Source of the DNA: Arcobacteraceae bacterium
Lineage (GTDB): Bacteria; Campylobacterota; Campylobacteria; Campylobacterales; Arcobacteraceae
Direction of reading: 5' to 3'
NCBI GenBank assembly: GCA_963662945.1
Contig: OY759974.1
Span: 1,536,001-1,600,000 of the forward strand
Length of the DNA stretch: 64,000 nt
Shown here: piece by piece, positions 10,342 through 20,780 of the stretch
How positions within the stretch are numbered: the stretch's first letter is position 1
Layout: each line of letters starts with the position of its first letter
Notes under the pieces: generated by a model
Databases searched by the model: none
What the model was told of the DNA's origin: nothing
The model's input: only the letters and a program-made list of their open reading frames with translations
Position numbers and translations under genes: made by a program

Positions 10342-11312
10342 TGGAAATTTTTAAATCAGATAAAATTTATGATTTTATGGGAAGAAGATTACCATTTTTG
10401 GGATTTTCAGCTATATTAGTTATTACATCTTTTATTCTTCTTTTTACAAAAGGATTAAACTTAGGGATTGATTTCTCTGGTGGTACACTAATTCAAGTAC
10501 AATATACAAAAGCTGCACCAATAAATGATATTCGAGATTTATTATCAAAAAATAGTGCTTTTGAAAAAGCTGTAGTTACAAAATTTGGTAGTGAAGAAGA
10601 GATTATCATTAAAATACCAACTTCAAGTACTAGTTTAGGAAAAGATATTGGTGATGAGGTAAGAGAAACATTAAAACCAAGTGGAACTTATGAGATAAGA
10701 AGAGTTGATATGGTTGGGCCTAAAGTTGGTGATGCATTACAAGAAAAAGGTATTATGGCTCTAAGTTTAGCTCTTATAATGATTTTGATTTATGTATCTT
10801 TTCGATTTGAGTGGAGATTTGCTATTGCTTCTATCTTAGCTCTTGTACATGATGTTTCTATAGCTTTGGGTGCTATAGTATTATTTAACATAGATGTAAA
10901 TCTTGATATTTTAGCAGCGATTCTTACAATTTTAGGATATTCACTAAATGACACTATTATTGTATTTGATAGAATTAGAGAAGGTGTAAAAACATCAAAA
11001 GAAAATCATCTTGATGTAGTTGTTAATGAATCAGTTTCAAAAACATTAAGTAGAACTACATTGACATCATTAACAACATTTTTTGTTGTATTGACTTTAT
11101 ACCTTTTTGGTGGAGAGATTATCAATGGATTTAGTTTTACACTACTTGTAGGTATTATAGTAGGAACATATAGTTCTATTTTTATTGCAGCTTCATTTTT
11201 AGTACAATTAAACTTTTCTATAGAAAACTATAGAAATGCAGAAGCAGAAAAAGAGAAAAGACAAAAAGAAAAAGATAGAATAAGAGCACAATTTGAACAA
11301 GGTATGGTATAG
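10341..11312 (+). CDS. secF: Protein translocase subunit SecF
   Basis: LGIDFSGG, VGPKVG, GYSLNDTIIVFDRIRE; start overlaps secD stop (TAATG). Confidence 0.97.
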   Translation: MEIFKSDKIYDFMGRRLPFLGFSAILVITSFILLFTKGLNLGIDFSGGTLIQVQYTKAAPINDIRDLLSKNSAFEKAVVTKFGSEEEIIIKIPTSSTSLGKDIGDEVRETLKPSGTYEIRRVDMVGPKVGDALQEKGIMALSLALIMILIYVSFRFEWRFAIASILALVHDVSIALGAIVLFNIDVNLDILAAILTILGYSLNDTIIVFDRIREGVKTSKENHLDVVVNESVSKTLSRTTLTSLTTFFVVLTLYLFGGEIINGFSFTLLVGIIVGTYSSIFIAASFLVQLNFSIENYRNAEAEKEKRQKEKDRIRAQFEQGMV

Positions 11313-11318
11313 ATAATT

Positions 11319-12656
11319 ATGGGTAGATTATTTGGTACGGATGGAGTACGAGGACAAGCAGGAACTTTTTTAGATGCAATGACTGCCTTAAAACTAGCAC
11401 AAGCTGTTGGAATATATTTTAAAAAACATTCTCGTACAAAAAAAATACTTTTAGGAAAAGACACTAGAAAAAGTGGTTATATGATAGAAAACGCTTTAGT
11501 TAGTGGTCTTACTTCTGTTGGTTATGACGTGATACAAATAGGTCCTATGCCAACACCTGCAATTGCTTATTTAACTGAGACTATGCGATGTGATGCTGGT
11601 ATTATGTTAAGTGCATCACATAACTCTTTTGAAGACAATGGTGTTAAGTTTTTTGATTGTCGAGGAGACAAATTATCTGTTGAGATAGAGCATGAGATTG
11701 AAAATATATTTTTCAATGATGAGTTATTAAAAAATTCGCAATGTACTCATGGAAATATAGGACGTGCAAAAAGAATCAATGATGTTATTGGGCGATATAT
11801 TGTTTCAATCAAAAGTTCATTTCCTACTGATTTAAGTTTAAGTGGAATGAGAATTGTTCTTGATTGTGCTAATGGCGCTGGATATAAAGTTGGACCTACT
11901 ATTTTAGAAGAACTTGATGCAGATGTTATTACAGTAAATGATGCTCCAAATGGTTATAACATAAATGAAAATTGTGGTGCGTTACACCCTTTTGAACTTG
12001 GAAAGTTAGTAGTACAATATAGAGCTGATATTGGTATCGCTCTTGATGGTGATGCTGATAGACTAGTAATTGTAGATGAAAAAGGAAAAGTAGTTGATGG
12101 GGATAAGCTTATAGGAGCACTTGCAGTATATCTAAAAAATAGAGGTAAACTACAAGGTGGTTGTGTAGCAACAGTTATGAGTAATAAAGCACTGGAAGAT
12201 TATCTTTTATCAAATGAGATTGAACTTCATAGGTCAAATGTTGGTGATAAATATGTTTTAGAAGTTATGAAAAAACATAATATAAACTTTGGTGGTGAAC
12301 AAAGTGGTCATATTATCTTTTCAGATGTAGCAAAAACAGGTGATGGACTGGCTTCAGCATTACAAGTTTTAGCACTACTTATTACTACAAAACAAAAAGC
12401 AAGTAAAGCTCTTAATCCATTTGAACTTTATCCTCAAGTGTTGAAAAATCTTATAGTTGAAGAGAAAAAACCACTTGAAGAGATTGCAGGACTTGAAGAG
12501 TTATTACAATCTTTTAGAGAAAAAGGTCTTCGAGATCTCATAAGATACTCTGGTACTGAAAATAAAATACGACTTTTACTTGAAGGAAAAGATAGTAAAG
12601 TAGTAAATAGTTGTATGGATGAACTACAAACATTTATAAAAAGTAAGCTATGTTAA
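11319..12656 (+). CDS. glmM: Phosphoglucosamine mutase
   Basis: [26 protein letters not shown]. Confidence 0.97.
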   Translation: MGRLFGTDGVRGQAGTFLDAMTALKLAQAVGIYFKKHSRTKKILLGKDTRKSGYMIENALVSGLTSVGYDVIQIGPMPTPAIAYLTETMRCDAGIMLSASHNSFEDNGVKFFDCRGDKLSVEIEHEIENIFFNDELLKNSQCTHGNIGRAKRINDVIGRYIVSIKSSFPTDLSLSGMRIVLDCANGAGYKVGPTILEELDADVITVNDAPNGYNINENCGALHPFELGKLVVQYRADIGIALDGDADRLVIVDEKGKVVDGDKLIGALAVYLKNRGKLQGGCVATVMSNKALEDYLLSNEIELHRSNVGDKYVLEVMKKHNINFGGEQSGHIIFSDVAKTGDGLASALQVLALLITTKQKASKALNPFELYPQVLKNLIVEEKKPLEEIAGLEELLQSFREKGLRDLIRYSGTENKIRLLLEGKDSKVVNSCMDELQTFIKSKLC

Positions 12657-13108
12657 AAAAGCTTTCTATATCAATAATACTTTTTGTAGTATTATTTTCT
12701 ATAGACCAGTATATTAAACATCTTTTTGTAGATGGTTTTGAACTAAAAGGAGAGTGTATCTCTTTGGTTCTAGCCTATAATTATGGTGTTGCATTTTCTA
12801 TGTTTGCATTTTTAGAAGAAAATCTTAAATATATTCAAATAGCTATGATGGTAGCAGGTATAATTTATTTAGTATTCCACAAAGAAGTATTTTATAAATA
12901 TTATATACCAGCTTCATTATTACTTGCAGGTGGAGTAAGTAATATTTATGATAGATTTATTCATGGTGGAGTCGTTGATTATGTGTATTGGCATTGTGGT
13001 TTTGAATTTGCAATATTTAATTTAGCAGACGTTTTAATAGATATTGCAGTAGTATTAATACTTATCATCAGTTATTTAGATTCAAAAAAACAATCTTTAG
13101 AACAATAA
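12650..13108 (+). CDS. lspA: Lipoprotein signal peptidase II
   Basis: DQYIK, NYGVAFS, SNIYDR, VVDY, FNLAD. Confidence 0.95.
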   Translation: MLKKLSISIILFVVLFSIDQYIKHLFVDGFELKGECISLVLAYNYGVAFSMFAFLEENLKYIQIAMMVAGIIYLVFHKEVFYKYYIPASLLLAGGVSNIYDRFIHGGVVDYVYWHCGFEFAIFNLADVLIDIAVVLILIISYLDSKKQSLEQ

Positions 13109-13110
13109 AT

Positions 13111-13818
13111 TTAATTTAAAAAATTTTCAATTTCAGAAGCTATAGTATCTATTGCAATACTCGCTTTTTGATACAATACAATATCAAATAACTCTTCTTC
13201 TATTGCATCACTTGGTTCAAGGTTATTTAAAATCGATTTATCTACAAAATTTGCTATTGTATTAACACCTATTACATTACCACTTGTGCCTATAACTACA
13301 AAAAGTTCACAATCATAAAGTTCTTCTTCAAGTTTTTGATACATAGGAGCCATCTCTCCAAACATTACAATATGTGGACGTATTTTTTTACTACTACATT
13401 TGGGACAAATATTATTTGAGTTATCAAGTTTGTTATATCCTATTTCATAAGTATAGCCACAATCTTCACATTCTACGTTTGGTAAAAAGCCGTGTAAATG
13501 TATCACATCAATATTGTGGTTTAAACCTGCTTTTTCAAATAAATTATCTACATTTTGAGTAATAATTACAATATCATTTGGAAATTTCTTTTTAAGTTTA
13601 GCTAGTATTTTATGTGCTATATTTGGTTCTTTATCTTGTAATTCCATTCTTCTCTTATCATAAAACTCTAGTGTTTTAGTTCGATTGCTTTCTAAACAAC
13701 CAACTTGACATACTTCTTGAATACTATATTCTTCCCAAAGTCCACCACTTTCCCTAAAAGTATTTATTCCAGATTCTGCACTGATACCAGCACCACTTAA
13801 AATTACAACTTTTGCCAT
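13111..13818 (-). CDS. cobB: NAD-dependent protein deacylase (sirtuin, CobB type)
   Basis: GAGISAESG, YxxR, TQNVD, HG, CxxC...CxxC, GTSG. Confidence 0.9.
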   Translation of the reverse strand: MAKVVILSGAGISAESGINTFRESGGLWEEYSIQEVCQVGCLESNRTKTLEFYDKRRMELQDKEPNIAHKILAKLKKKFPNDIVIITQNVDNLFEKAGLNHNIDVIHLHGFLPNVECEDCGYTYEIGYNKLDNSNNICPKCSSKKIRPHIVMFGEMAPMYQKLEEELYDCELFVVIGTSGNVIGVNTIANFVDKSILNNLEPSDAIEEELFDIVLYQKASIAIDTIASEIENFLN

Positions 13819-13875
13819 TTTATAATAACCTTTTAATGATATATTTTAGTATTGTAACAAATTTTATACTAAGTT

Positions 13876-13905
13876 CACAATCATTACACAATTTCTTTTT
13901 ATGAT
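13876..13905 (+). promoter_or_regulatory. Tandem CACAAT repeat (11-bp period) followed by TATGAT -10-like hexamer
   Basis: CACAAT at 13876 and 13887; TATGAT at 13900; AGGAG SD before ATG 13931. Confidence 0.4.
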
Positions 13906-13930
13906 ACGGTATAACAAATGAGGAGTTCCA

Positions 13931-14488
13931 ATGAAAACAAATAATTTAGGAAAATTAATCTTAGTAACTATAGTTTTAATAAGTACATTAAGTGGATATG
14001 ATAGTTATAGTTCTTTTGGAAAAGAAGAAGGATTTGAAAAATATAAAGTTATCTCTTCTACTCCAATAACACAAACAATCACACAACAAGTGAGAGTAGG
14101 AGAAGAGATAAGAGATAGAGTTGTAAAAAGAGCGGTTCCTTGTAATAGAAATATAAATACAAATTCCATAGGTTTAGATACTATTATTGGAGCTGGTGTT
14201 GGATTGGCAATAGGACATCGAGTAGGGAAAGGACATGGAAGAGAAGTAGCAAAAGTTTTAGGAGGTCTAGGTGGTGGATATTTAGCAAATCAAATGAGAG
14301 TAAATAGTTATGATACTTGTTATGAAGAGAGAATAGTTCATGATATGATACCAAGATATGAAACTATAACAAAAGAGGTAATAACTGGTTATCAAAATTG
14401 TGTTATGGTTGATGGAGAAAAAATTTGTAAAGAATCTAGTGAATCTTTAAAATTTTTAAAAGTAAAGAGAACCTACAGTGTTTATTAA
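13931..14488 (+). CDS. Exported glycine-zipper 2TM protein
   Basis: Signal peptide; GAGVGLAIGHRVGKGHGREVAKVLGGLGGGYLAN; four Cys. Confidence 0.8.
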   Translation: MKTNNLGKLILVTIVLISTLSGYDSYSSFGKEEGFEKYKVISSTPITQTITQQVRVGEEIRDRVVKRAVPCNRNINTNSIGLDTIIGAGVGLAIGHRVGKGHGREVAKVLGGLGGGYLANQMRVNSYDTCYEERIVHDMIPRYETITKEVITGYQNCVMVDGEKICKESSESLKFLKVKRTYSVY

Positions 14489-14507
14489 TACTGTAGGTTT
14501 TATATTA

Positions 14508-15011
14508 TTATTTTTGTAATTCTTCTAATGTTTGTTTTACAACATCAGAATGTTTCATCTCAACAGTTTCCCCATTGACCTTTTTCTTTTGTCGCACCTT
14601 TACATTTTCCCAAACAGCTGCAATCTCACCTTTTGGATTTATGATAAATGTTGAACGAACAACACCCATATATTTTTTTCCATAGTTTAATTTTTCTTGC
14701 CATACACCATATGCTTCACATAAAGTTTTTTCTTCATCTGCAAGAAGTGTGATTGTAAGATTTTGTTTCTCTATAAAACCTCTATGTTTTTTAGGACTAT
14801 CTGGACTAACACCTAAAATAACTGCATCCAAATCATCAAATTGCTCTTCACTTGCAGTAAAATCACAAGCTTCATTTGTACAACCAGGTGTATTATCTTT
14901 TGGATAAAAATATAATACTATCCATTTTCCTTTTAAGTCTCGAAGACAGATTTCCACATCATCTTGATTTGGGTTACAAAACTCTGGTGCTTTCATTCCG
15001 ATTTCTAACAT
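14508..15011 (-). CDS. bcp: Thioredoxin-dependent thiol peroxidase Bcp
   Basis: YFYPKDNTPGCTNEAC, GVSPD, RSTFII. Confidence 0.95.
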   Translation of the reverse strand: MLEIGMKAPEFCNPNQDDVEICLRDLKGKWIVLYFYPKDNTPGCTNEACDFTASEEQFDDLDAVILGVSPDSPKKHRGFIEKQNLTITLLADEEKTLCEAYGVWQEKLNYGKKYMGVVRSTFIINPKGEIAAVWENVKVRQKKKVNGETVEMKHSDVVKQTLEELQK

Positions 15012-15023
15012 TTTTTATCCTTT

Positions 15024-15731
15024 TTATTTTATTGCTATAAAAGTTGCGAAGTTCACCCATTTGAATATACACTCAACATGTTTAAATCCAGCATCTTTTA
15101 TCATTTTCTGATTTTCATCATAACTGTAAGGTATAAGTACATTTTCTAATGCTTCTCTTTTTTGAGCAATTTCAAATTCACTATATCCTTGTTCTTTTTT
15201 GAATTTGTAATATTCATCAATAAATTGTTTATTTAAAACTTTATCTTCACAGATTACTTTCTCACTAAAGATAAAAACTTTTCCATCTTCAAGTGCATTG
15301 TAGATTTTTGAAATAAGTTTTTCTCTTTGAAGAGGTCTTATAAATTGTAAAGTATAATTAGAAATAATCACATCAGCACTTTGTAGTTCAACATTAAAAA
15401 TATCATCTTGTATAAATCTAATTTGGTGACCATATCCTTTTGCTTTATGTGCTGCACGATCGAGCATAGCACCAGAAGTATCAATACCTATGAGGTTTAA
15501 TTGTTCACTTGAGTGATTTGCTATATTGATAAGTGTTGTAGCTGTTGAACAACCTAAATCATAAATGGTGCTATCTTTTTGTGTATATTTTAGTGCAAAA
15601 GAGGTAGTAAGATTTAGCATCTCTTGGTAAAAAGGTACTGAACGACTAAGCATATCATCAAATACAGATGCTACATCTTCATCAAATTCAAATTGCTTTG
15701 TTATAGGTTTTTCAAATATATTATCTTTCAT
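15024..15731 (-). CDS. cmoA: Carboxy-S-adenosyl-L-methionine synthase CmoA
   Basis: [42 protein letters not shown]. Confidence 0.95.
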   Translation of the reverse strand: MKDNIFEKPITKQFEFDEDVASVFDDMLSRSVPFYQEMLNLTTSFALKYTQKDSTIYDLGCSTATTLINIANHSSEQLNLIGIDTSGAMLDRAAHKAKGYGHQIRFIQDDIFNVELQSADVIISNYTLQFIRPLQREKLISKIYNALEDGKVFIFSEKVICEDKVLNKQFIDEYYKFKKEQGYSEFEIAQKREALENVLIPYSYDENQKMIKDAGFKHVECIFKWVNFATFIAIK

Positions 15732-15738
15732 TAGCCGT

Positions 15739-15744
15739 ATTGTA
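15739..15744 (-). promoter_or_regulatory. Putative -10 (TACAAT) of a leaderless cmoA transcript
   Basis: TACAAT-7 nt-ATG on the minus strand, no SD. Confidence 0.55.
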
Positions 15745-15803
15745 TAATAAAAATGGTATTAAAGTATTTAAGATGAGCTGTAAAGACAAAATTTTTAAAT
15801 ATT

Positions 15804-15815
15804 TTTAGATATAAT
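15804..15815 (+). promoter_or_regulatory. Putative -10 promoter of a leaderless ilvA transcript
   Basis: TTTAGA-TATAAT-7 nt-ATG, no SD. Confidence 0.6.
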
Positions 15816-15822
15816 CGCTTTC

Positions 15823-17028
15823 ATGATAACACTAGAAAATATTCAACAAGCAAAACAAAGATTACAAACAATTATAAGACCTACACCATTGGCTTACGCA
15901 CCAATTTTAAGCGCAAATAGTGGTGCAGATATATATTTAAAAAAAGAAAATTTACAATTAACAGGAAGCTTTAAACTTCGAGGTGCTTTTAATAAAATTG
16001 CAAAATTAACTCAAGAAGAAAGAGCAAAAGGGGTTGTTGCTGCAAGTGCGGGTAACCATGCGCAAGGGGTAGCATATAGTTCAAGACATTTTGGATGTGA
16101 AGCTACTATTGTGATGCCAGAAGCTACACCACTTTTAAAAGTAAGTGGTGTAAAATCGTATGGTGCAACTGTTGTACTTCATGGTGCAAATTATGATGAG
16201 GCTTATAAATATGCAACAGAGTTTGCTACAAAAAATGATAAAACATTTGTACACCCTTTTGCAGATGATGAGGTAATTGCTGGACAAGGTACGATAGCTT
16301 TAGAACTTTTAGAAGAGTTGGAAGATATTGATGTAGTGATAATTCCAATAGGTGGTGGTGGACTTATCTCTGGAATTGCAAGTGGATTAAAACAACTAAA
16401 ACCTTCTATTAAAATAGTTGGAGTTGTTGCAGCTGGTGCAAGAGCTATGAAAGAGTCATTTGATGCAAAAACTCCTATAGATTCAATATCAGTTAAAACA
16501 ATTGCAGATGGGATTGCAGTAAGAGATGTAACTCCTAAAATGTTAGATTATGTAGTAGAACTTGTTGATGAAATTATTGAAGTTGAAGACAATGAAATAG
16601 CATCTGCGATTTTATTTTTACTTGAACAACATAAACTTGTAGTTGAAGGTGCTGGGGCAACTGGAACAGCAGCTATTATGCACAATAAAATAGATCTAAA
16701 AGGGAAAAAAGTAGTTTTACCTTTAAGTGGTGGAAATATTGATGTAACAATGCTAGCTCAAATTATCGAAAAAGGTTTGGTAAAATCTTCAAGAAAAATG
16801 AATCTAATAGTAACACTTATAGATAAACCAGGTAGTTTAAAAATGCTTACTCAAATATTTGAAAATTTGAGTGCAAATATTGTTCAAATAGATTATGATA
16901 GAGATTCTGTAGCACTAGATTTTGGTGATGCAAATGTTACTATTGCTTTAGAAACAAAAGGGGAAGAACACCAACAATCAATTCGTGATAGTCTTAAAAG
17001 TGCGGGATATAGATTTAAAGAGTTATGA
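15823..17028 (+). CDS. ilvA: Threonine ammonia-lyase with C-terminal ACT domain
   Basis: ENLQLTGSFKLRGA, SAGNHAQG, IGGGGLISG, SGGNID, DKPGSL. Confidence 0.93.
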   Translation: MITLENIQQAKQRLQTIIRPTPLAYAPILSANSGADIYLKKENLQLTGSFKLRGAFNKIAKLTQEERAKGVVAASAGNHAQGVAYSSRHFGCEATIVMPEATPLLKVSGVKSYGATVVLHGANYDEAYKYATEFATKNDKTFVHPFADDEVIAGQGTIALELLEELEDIDVVIIPIGGGGLISGIASGLKQLKPSIKIVGVVAAGARAMKESFDAKTPIDSISVKTIADGIAVRDVTPKMLDYVVELVDEIIEVEDNEIASAILFLLEQHKLVVEGAGATGTAAIMHNKIDLKGKKVVLPLSGGNIDVTMLAQIIEKGLVKSSRKMNLIVTLIDKPGSLKMLTQIFENLSANIVQIDYDRDSVALDFGDANVTIALETKGEEHQQSIRDSLKSAGYRFKEL

Positions 17029-19979
17029 AAGAAGAAATTCAAGGGATATTAGAAGATAAATCAATTCTTTTAACACAGCAGTATTTTAAACTTCAGGAGT
17101 TATTTGAAGCGAAGTATGGAAAAGATACTGTTGTTTTGATGGAGGTTGGAACTTTTTTTGAGACCTATGAAGTAAACAATGACGAGGAAAAAATAGGGAA
17201 AGCTAAAGAGATAGCGGAACTTTTAAATATTCAACTCACACGAAAAAACAAATCAATCCTTGAAAACTCACAAACAAATCCACTTATGGCAGGTGTACCT
17301 GCTGTTTCTTTTGAAAAACATATCAACCGTATTATTCAAGAACAAAAATACACTATTGCAATTATCAAACAAATTGGGATGCCACCAAATGTAAAAAGAG
17401 TATTAGATGCAATTATCTCTCCTGGTACAAACTTTGACTTTGCAGTAAGTTCAGATGAAAATAATATCACTTCAATCACAGTTGACCAAGTAAGAGGAAA
17501 TTATCTTATTGGATATAGTGCTATAGATGTTACAACAGGAAAATGTTTTTTCAATGAGATGTTTGGAACTAGTGAAGACCCAAGTTTTGCACTTGATGAA
17601 GTATTTAACTATATGAATATGCACAAAACTAGTGAAGTTGTTATCACATTTTTGGATAAAAACATTAATCAAAAAGAGGTATGTGAATATCTTGAGTTAT
17701 CTGGTAAAACTTTTCATATCTTAACTATGCGACCAAAAATAGCTTATCAAAATGAGCTTTTTAGAAATGTATTTGATATTCAGTCACTTCTTACTCCAAT
17801 AGAACATCTTAATATGGAGAGATATGCTCTTGCGAGTGAGAGTTTAGCCATACTTATAGATTTTGTTATAGGGCATGATAGTAAGATTATAGAGAAGCTT
17901 TCGTATCCTGTAAAACTTGATGTAAGCAAATATATTTATCTTGGAAATAATGCCCTTGAACAGTTAAATATTTTAGAAATGCCCCATCAACCAAATCTTT
18001 TAAAGCTTATTAACCATACATCAACAGCTATGGGGAAAAGACTTTTAAAAGAGCGACTTACACATCCTATAAAAGATGAAAAAGAGTTAAATAGACGTTA
18101 TAAATTAAGTGCAGATTTGTATGATTATCATGCTCCTATTGAAAATAGTTTGAGTAATATTTATGATATTGAGAGATTAACACGAAGAATAAAACTGAAT
18201 CGTCTTCATCCTTTTGAGTTGAATTATTTGTATGATTCTTTAGGCAGTATCAAAGAGATAGTAAAATTTATGGAAAACTATAACTTTGTCAAACCACCTT
18301 GTAGTAGTGAAGATATTGAAATTTTTATCAAAACTATTGAAGAGACTTTTGATTTGTCTTGTAGTGGGAAGTTTATGTTAAAAGATATTGATTCTAACAT
18401 GATAGCACGAGGAATTGATAGTAAAGTTGATGAGTTAATAAAACAAAATGAGCTATTAGAAGAGAAGCTTGATATTTTTGTAGAGCATATTTTAAAATAT
18501 TTAAAAAGTGATGATAAAAATCTTATCTCTGTAACAAGGCTAGGGAAAGAGGGCTTTTTTATAGGACTTACTAAAAATAGATATTCGTCAATCAAAAAAG
18601 AGCTTTTAGAGTCTCATCTGATAATAGATGATGAGTTGTATCTTTTTAAAGATTTTTCTATAAAAGTACAAACCACAAGTGTTAAAATAACCAATAAATT
18701 AACAGCAACTATCTCAGACCAGTATGTACATAACCTACAAAAAATAATAGCTCTAAATAAAGTGATATTTAAAGAGAAGATAGAATACTATGAGAAAAAA
18801 TTTGCCTCTATGCTTTTGGATTTGGTTTCATTTATAGCTGAGGTTGATTTAACAGTTTCAAATATAAAAATAGCAAAAAAATACAACTTTGTACAACCAA
18901 AGATTATAAAGCAAGAGGAAGTGAAAACTAACTTTTTAGAGCTTATAGATTTACGACACCCTATAATAGAATCAAGTGAAGAGAATGGTATCTATGTACC
19001 AAATGATATAGTTTTAGGGGATTTAACAAAAGTTTCAAAAGAGCATCAAGAGAATTTGATAGTGAAAAATTCTAAGTATGATAATATGCTTGACAACAAA
19101 ATGCATGGTATTTTACTCTATGGGATAAACAGCAGTGGTAAAAGTTCTTTGATGAAGTCTATTGGTATTGCAGTTATCATGGCGCAAGCTGGTTTTTATG
19201 TCCCTTGTAAATCTATGAGATTTTGCCTTTTTGATGAGGTGTTTACAAGAATCTCTGGAAGTGATAATATCGCAAAAGGGTTGTCTTCATTTGCAGTTGA
19301 GATGCTGGAGTTAAAAAATATCTTTAATCGTGCAACACCAAATTCACTGATACTTGGAGATGAGATAAGTCATAGTACAGAAACTATGAGTGGTGTAAGT
19401 ATCGTTGCAAGTGCAATCCTTAAACTTGCCTCTTTAAAATCACAGTTTGTATTTGCTACCCATTTACATCAGCTACCAGAGATAGAGGAGATAGAGAAGT
19501 TAAAAAATATCATCTGTTTACATTTAAGTGTATTGTACAACGAAGAGGATGACAAACTTGTTTTTAATAGAAAACTTTCTTATGGAAGTGGAAGTAGTAT
19601 GTATGGTTTAGAGTTTGCAAAATCTCTTCATATGGATAGAGAGTTTTTAACTGTTGCAAATAGTATAAGAAAAAGACTCACAGATGATTATGATACATTA
19701 GAAAGATTATCTCAAAAGAAAACGAGTACCTACAACAAAGATTTATACGTAACTTCGTGTGCTATATGTGGAGCAAAAGTTGATGATGTACACCATATCA
19801 AAGAACAACAACGTGCTGACGAAAAAGGTTTTATAGGACATATAAATCAAAACCATAAATTCAACCTTATTCCACTTTGTAAAAAACACCATAAGCTAGT
19901 GCATGAGGGGAAGATAAATATCAATGGATTTGTAACCACATCAAAAGGCTTAGAACTGCACTATAGCAGTGTTGAGTAG
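17025..19979 (+). CDS. mutS: MutS-family protein with C-terminal HNH endonuclease (MutS7 type)
   Basis: Domain I GTFFETY and AGVP; T-x-MGKRLL; RHPIIE; Walker A GINSSGKS; SSFAVEM; DE; FATH; C-terminal CAIC..HH..N..CKKHH. Confidence 0.9.
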   Translation: MKEEIQGILEDKSILLTQQYFKLQELFEAKYGKDTVVLMEVGTFFETYEVNNDEEKIGKAKEIAELLNIQLTRKNKSILENSQTNPLMAGVPAVSFEKHINRIIQEQKYTIAIIKQIGMPPNVKRVLDAIISPGTNFDFAVSSDENNITSITVDQVRGNYLIGYSAIDVTTGKCFFNEMFGTSEDPSFALDEVFNYMNMHKTSEVVITFLDKNINQKEVCEYLELSGKTFHILTMRPKIAYQNELFRNVFDIQSLLTPIEHLNMERYALASESLAILIDFVIGHDSKIIEKLSYPVKLDVSKYIYLGNNALEQLNILEMPHQPNLLKLINHTSTAMGKRLLKERLTHPIKDEKELNRRYKLSADLYDYHAPIENSLSNIYDIERLTRRIKLNRLHPFELNYLYDSLGSIKEIVKFMENYNFVKPPCSSEDIEIFIKTIEETFDLSCSGKFMLKDIDSNMIARGIDSKVDELIKQNELLEEKLDIFVEHILKYLKSDDKNLISVTRLGKEGFFIGLTKNRYSSIKKELLESHLIIDDELYLFKDFSIKVQTTSVKITNKLTATISDQYVHNLQKIIALNKVIFKEKIEYYEKKFASMLLDLVSFIAEVDLTVSNIKIAKKYNFVQPKIIKQEEVKTNFLELIDLRHPIIESSEENGIYVPNDIVLGDLTKVSKEHQENLIVKNSKYDNMLDNKMHGILLYGINSSGKSSLMKSIGIAVIMAQAGFYVPCKSMRFCLFDEVFTRISGSDNIAKGLSSFAVEMLELKNIFNRATPNSLILGDEISHSTETMSGVSIVASAILKLASLKSQFVFATHLHQLPEIEEIEKLKNIICLHLSVLYNEEDDKLVFNRKLSYGSGSSMYGLEFAKSLHMDREFLTVANSIRKRLTDDYDTLERLSQKKTSTYNKDLYVTSCAICGAKVDDVHHIKEQQRADEKGFIGHINQNHKFNLIPLCKKHHKLVHEGKININGFVTTSKGLELHYSSVE

Positions 19980-20098
19980 TAATAATAAATATAATTAAAA
20001 AAGTGAAATAATTAATTTTAATTTATGGTTTCTATGATAAAATTTGTATAAGATGAATGGTGGTTAGTAACCATTCACTTTAATACAAGGAGTATACT

Positions 20099-20641
20099 AT
20101 GAATACAAGTATAGTAGGAAGACATGTTACTTTAACAGATGATTTGAAATTACACATTGAAAGTACAATAGATACATTTAAAAAATACAATTTAGATATG
20201 ATCTCTGTAAATGCAATTGTTTCACAAGAGCAAAAACATGGTAAAAATGTAATAACATTTGAATATGTACTAAATATAGCAAATATTGATACAGTAGTTG
20301 TTAAACAAAAAGATAAAGATTTACATAGTGCAATTGATATAGCTACAGATAGAGTTTGTAAAATATTAAGAAGACACGCTGATAAAATAAAAGCACATGA
20401 TGCTACAAAATTAACAGATTTAGAGATAGCGGAGCAAGAAGATAATATTGCAAAAGAGCTTGAAAAATTAGACTCGGAGATAGTTCCTATGAAATTAGAA
20501 TCTTATAAACCTATAGAGATTGAAGAGGCTTTAAATGAACTAAAAGGAAGTGATGCACAATTTAAAGTGTTCTATGACATGGATGATAATTTTAGAGTAT
20601 TATATAAAATGAAAGATGGAAAAAGTTTCGGTTTATATTAA
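20099..20641 (+). CDS. hpf: Ribosome hibernation factor (long HPF / RaiA)
   Basis: IVGRHVTLTD, DLHSAID, C-terminal KPIEIEEA...VLYK..DG..GL. Confidence 0.92.
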   Translation: MNTSIVGRHVTLTDDLKLHIESTIDTFKKYNLDMISVNAIVSQEQKHGKNVITFEYVLNIANIDTVVVKQKDKDLHSAIDIATDRVCKILRRHADKIKAHDATKLTDLEIAEQEDNIAKELEKLDSEIVPMKLESYKPIEIEEALNELKGSDAQFKVFYDMDDNFRVLYKMKDGKSFGLY

Positions 20642-20663
20642 TAGATAGATTTATTTTCGAAGG

Positions 20664-20693
20664 AAGGGGTAAGTGAAAGCTTACCCCTTTTTT
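20664..20693 (+). terminator. Intrinsic terminator of hpf
   Basis: AAGGGGTAAGT-GAAA-GCTTACCCCTT followed by a T run. Confidence 0.9.
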
Positions 20694-20780
20694 AATGTCA
20701 AATTTTTTTTAAAGACCTTGGCAAGACTTCTTTATGATACTATTTTATGTAGTATATTGAGAAAACAAGCGGAGCGAGAA

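Noticed and set aside
13111-13818. Sir2 gene as an anti-phage defence component
   Set aside because: It has the Zn-finger and YxxR features of housekeeping CobB deacylases and no defence partner nearby
20054-20077. 8-bp hairpin in the hpf 5' leader as a riboswitch
   Set aside because: Too short, does not cover the SD and matches no aptamer I recognise; likely a stabilising stem
20673-20780. N-terminal extension of the hemerythrin ORF from GTG 20673
   Set aside because: The GTG lies in the hpf terminator; ATG 20781 has an SD and begins the domain
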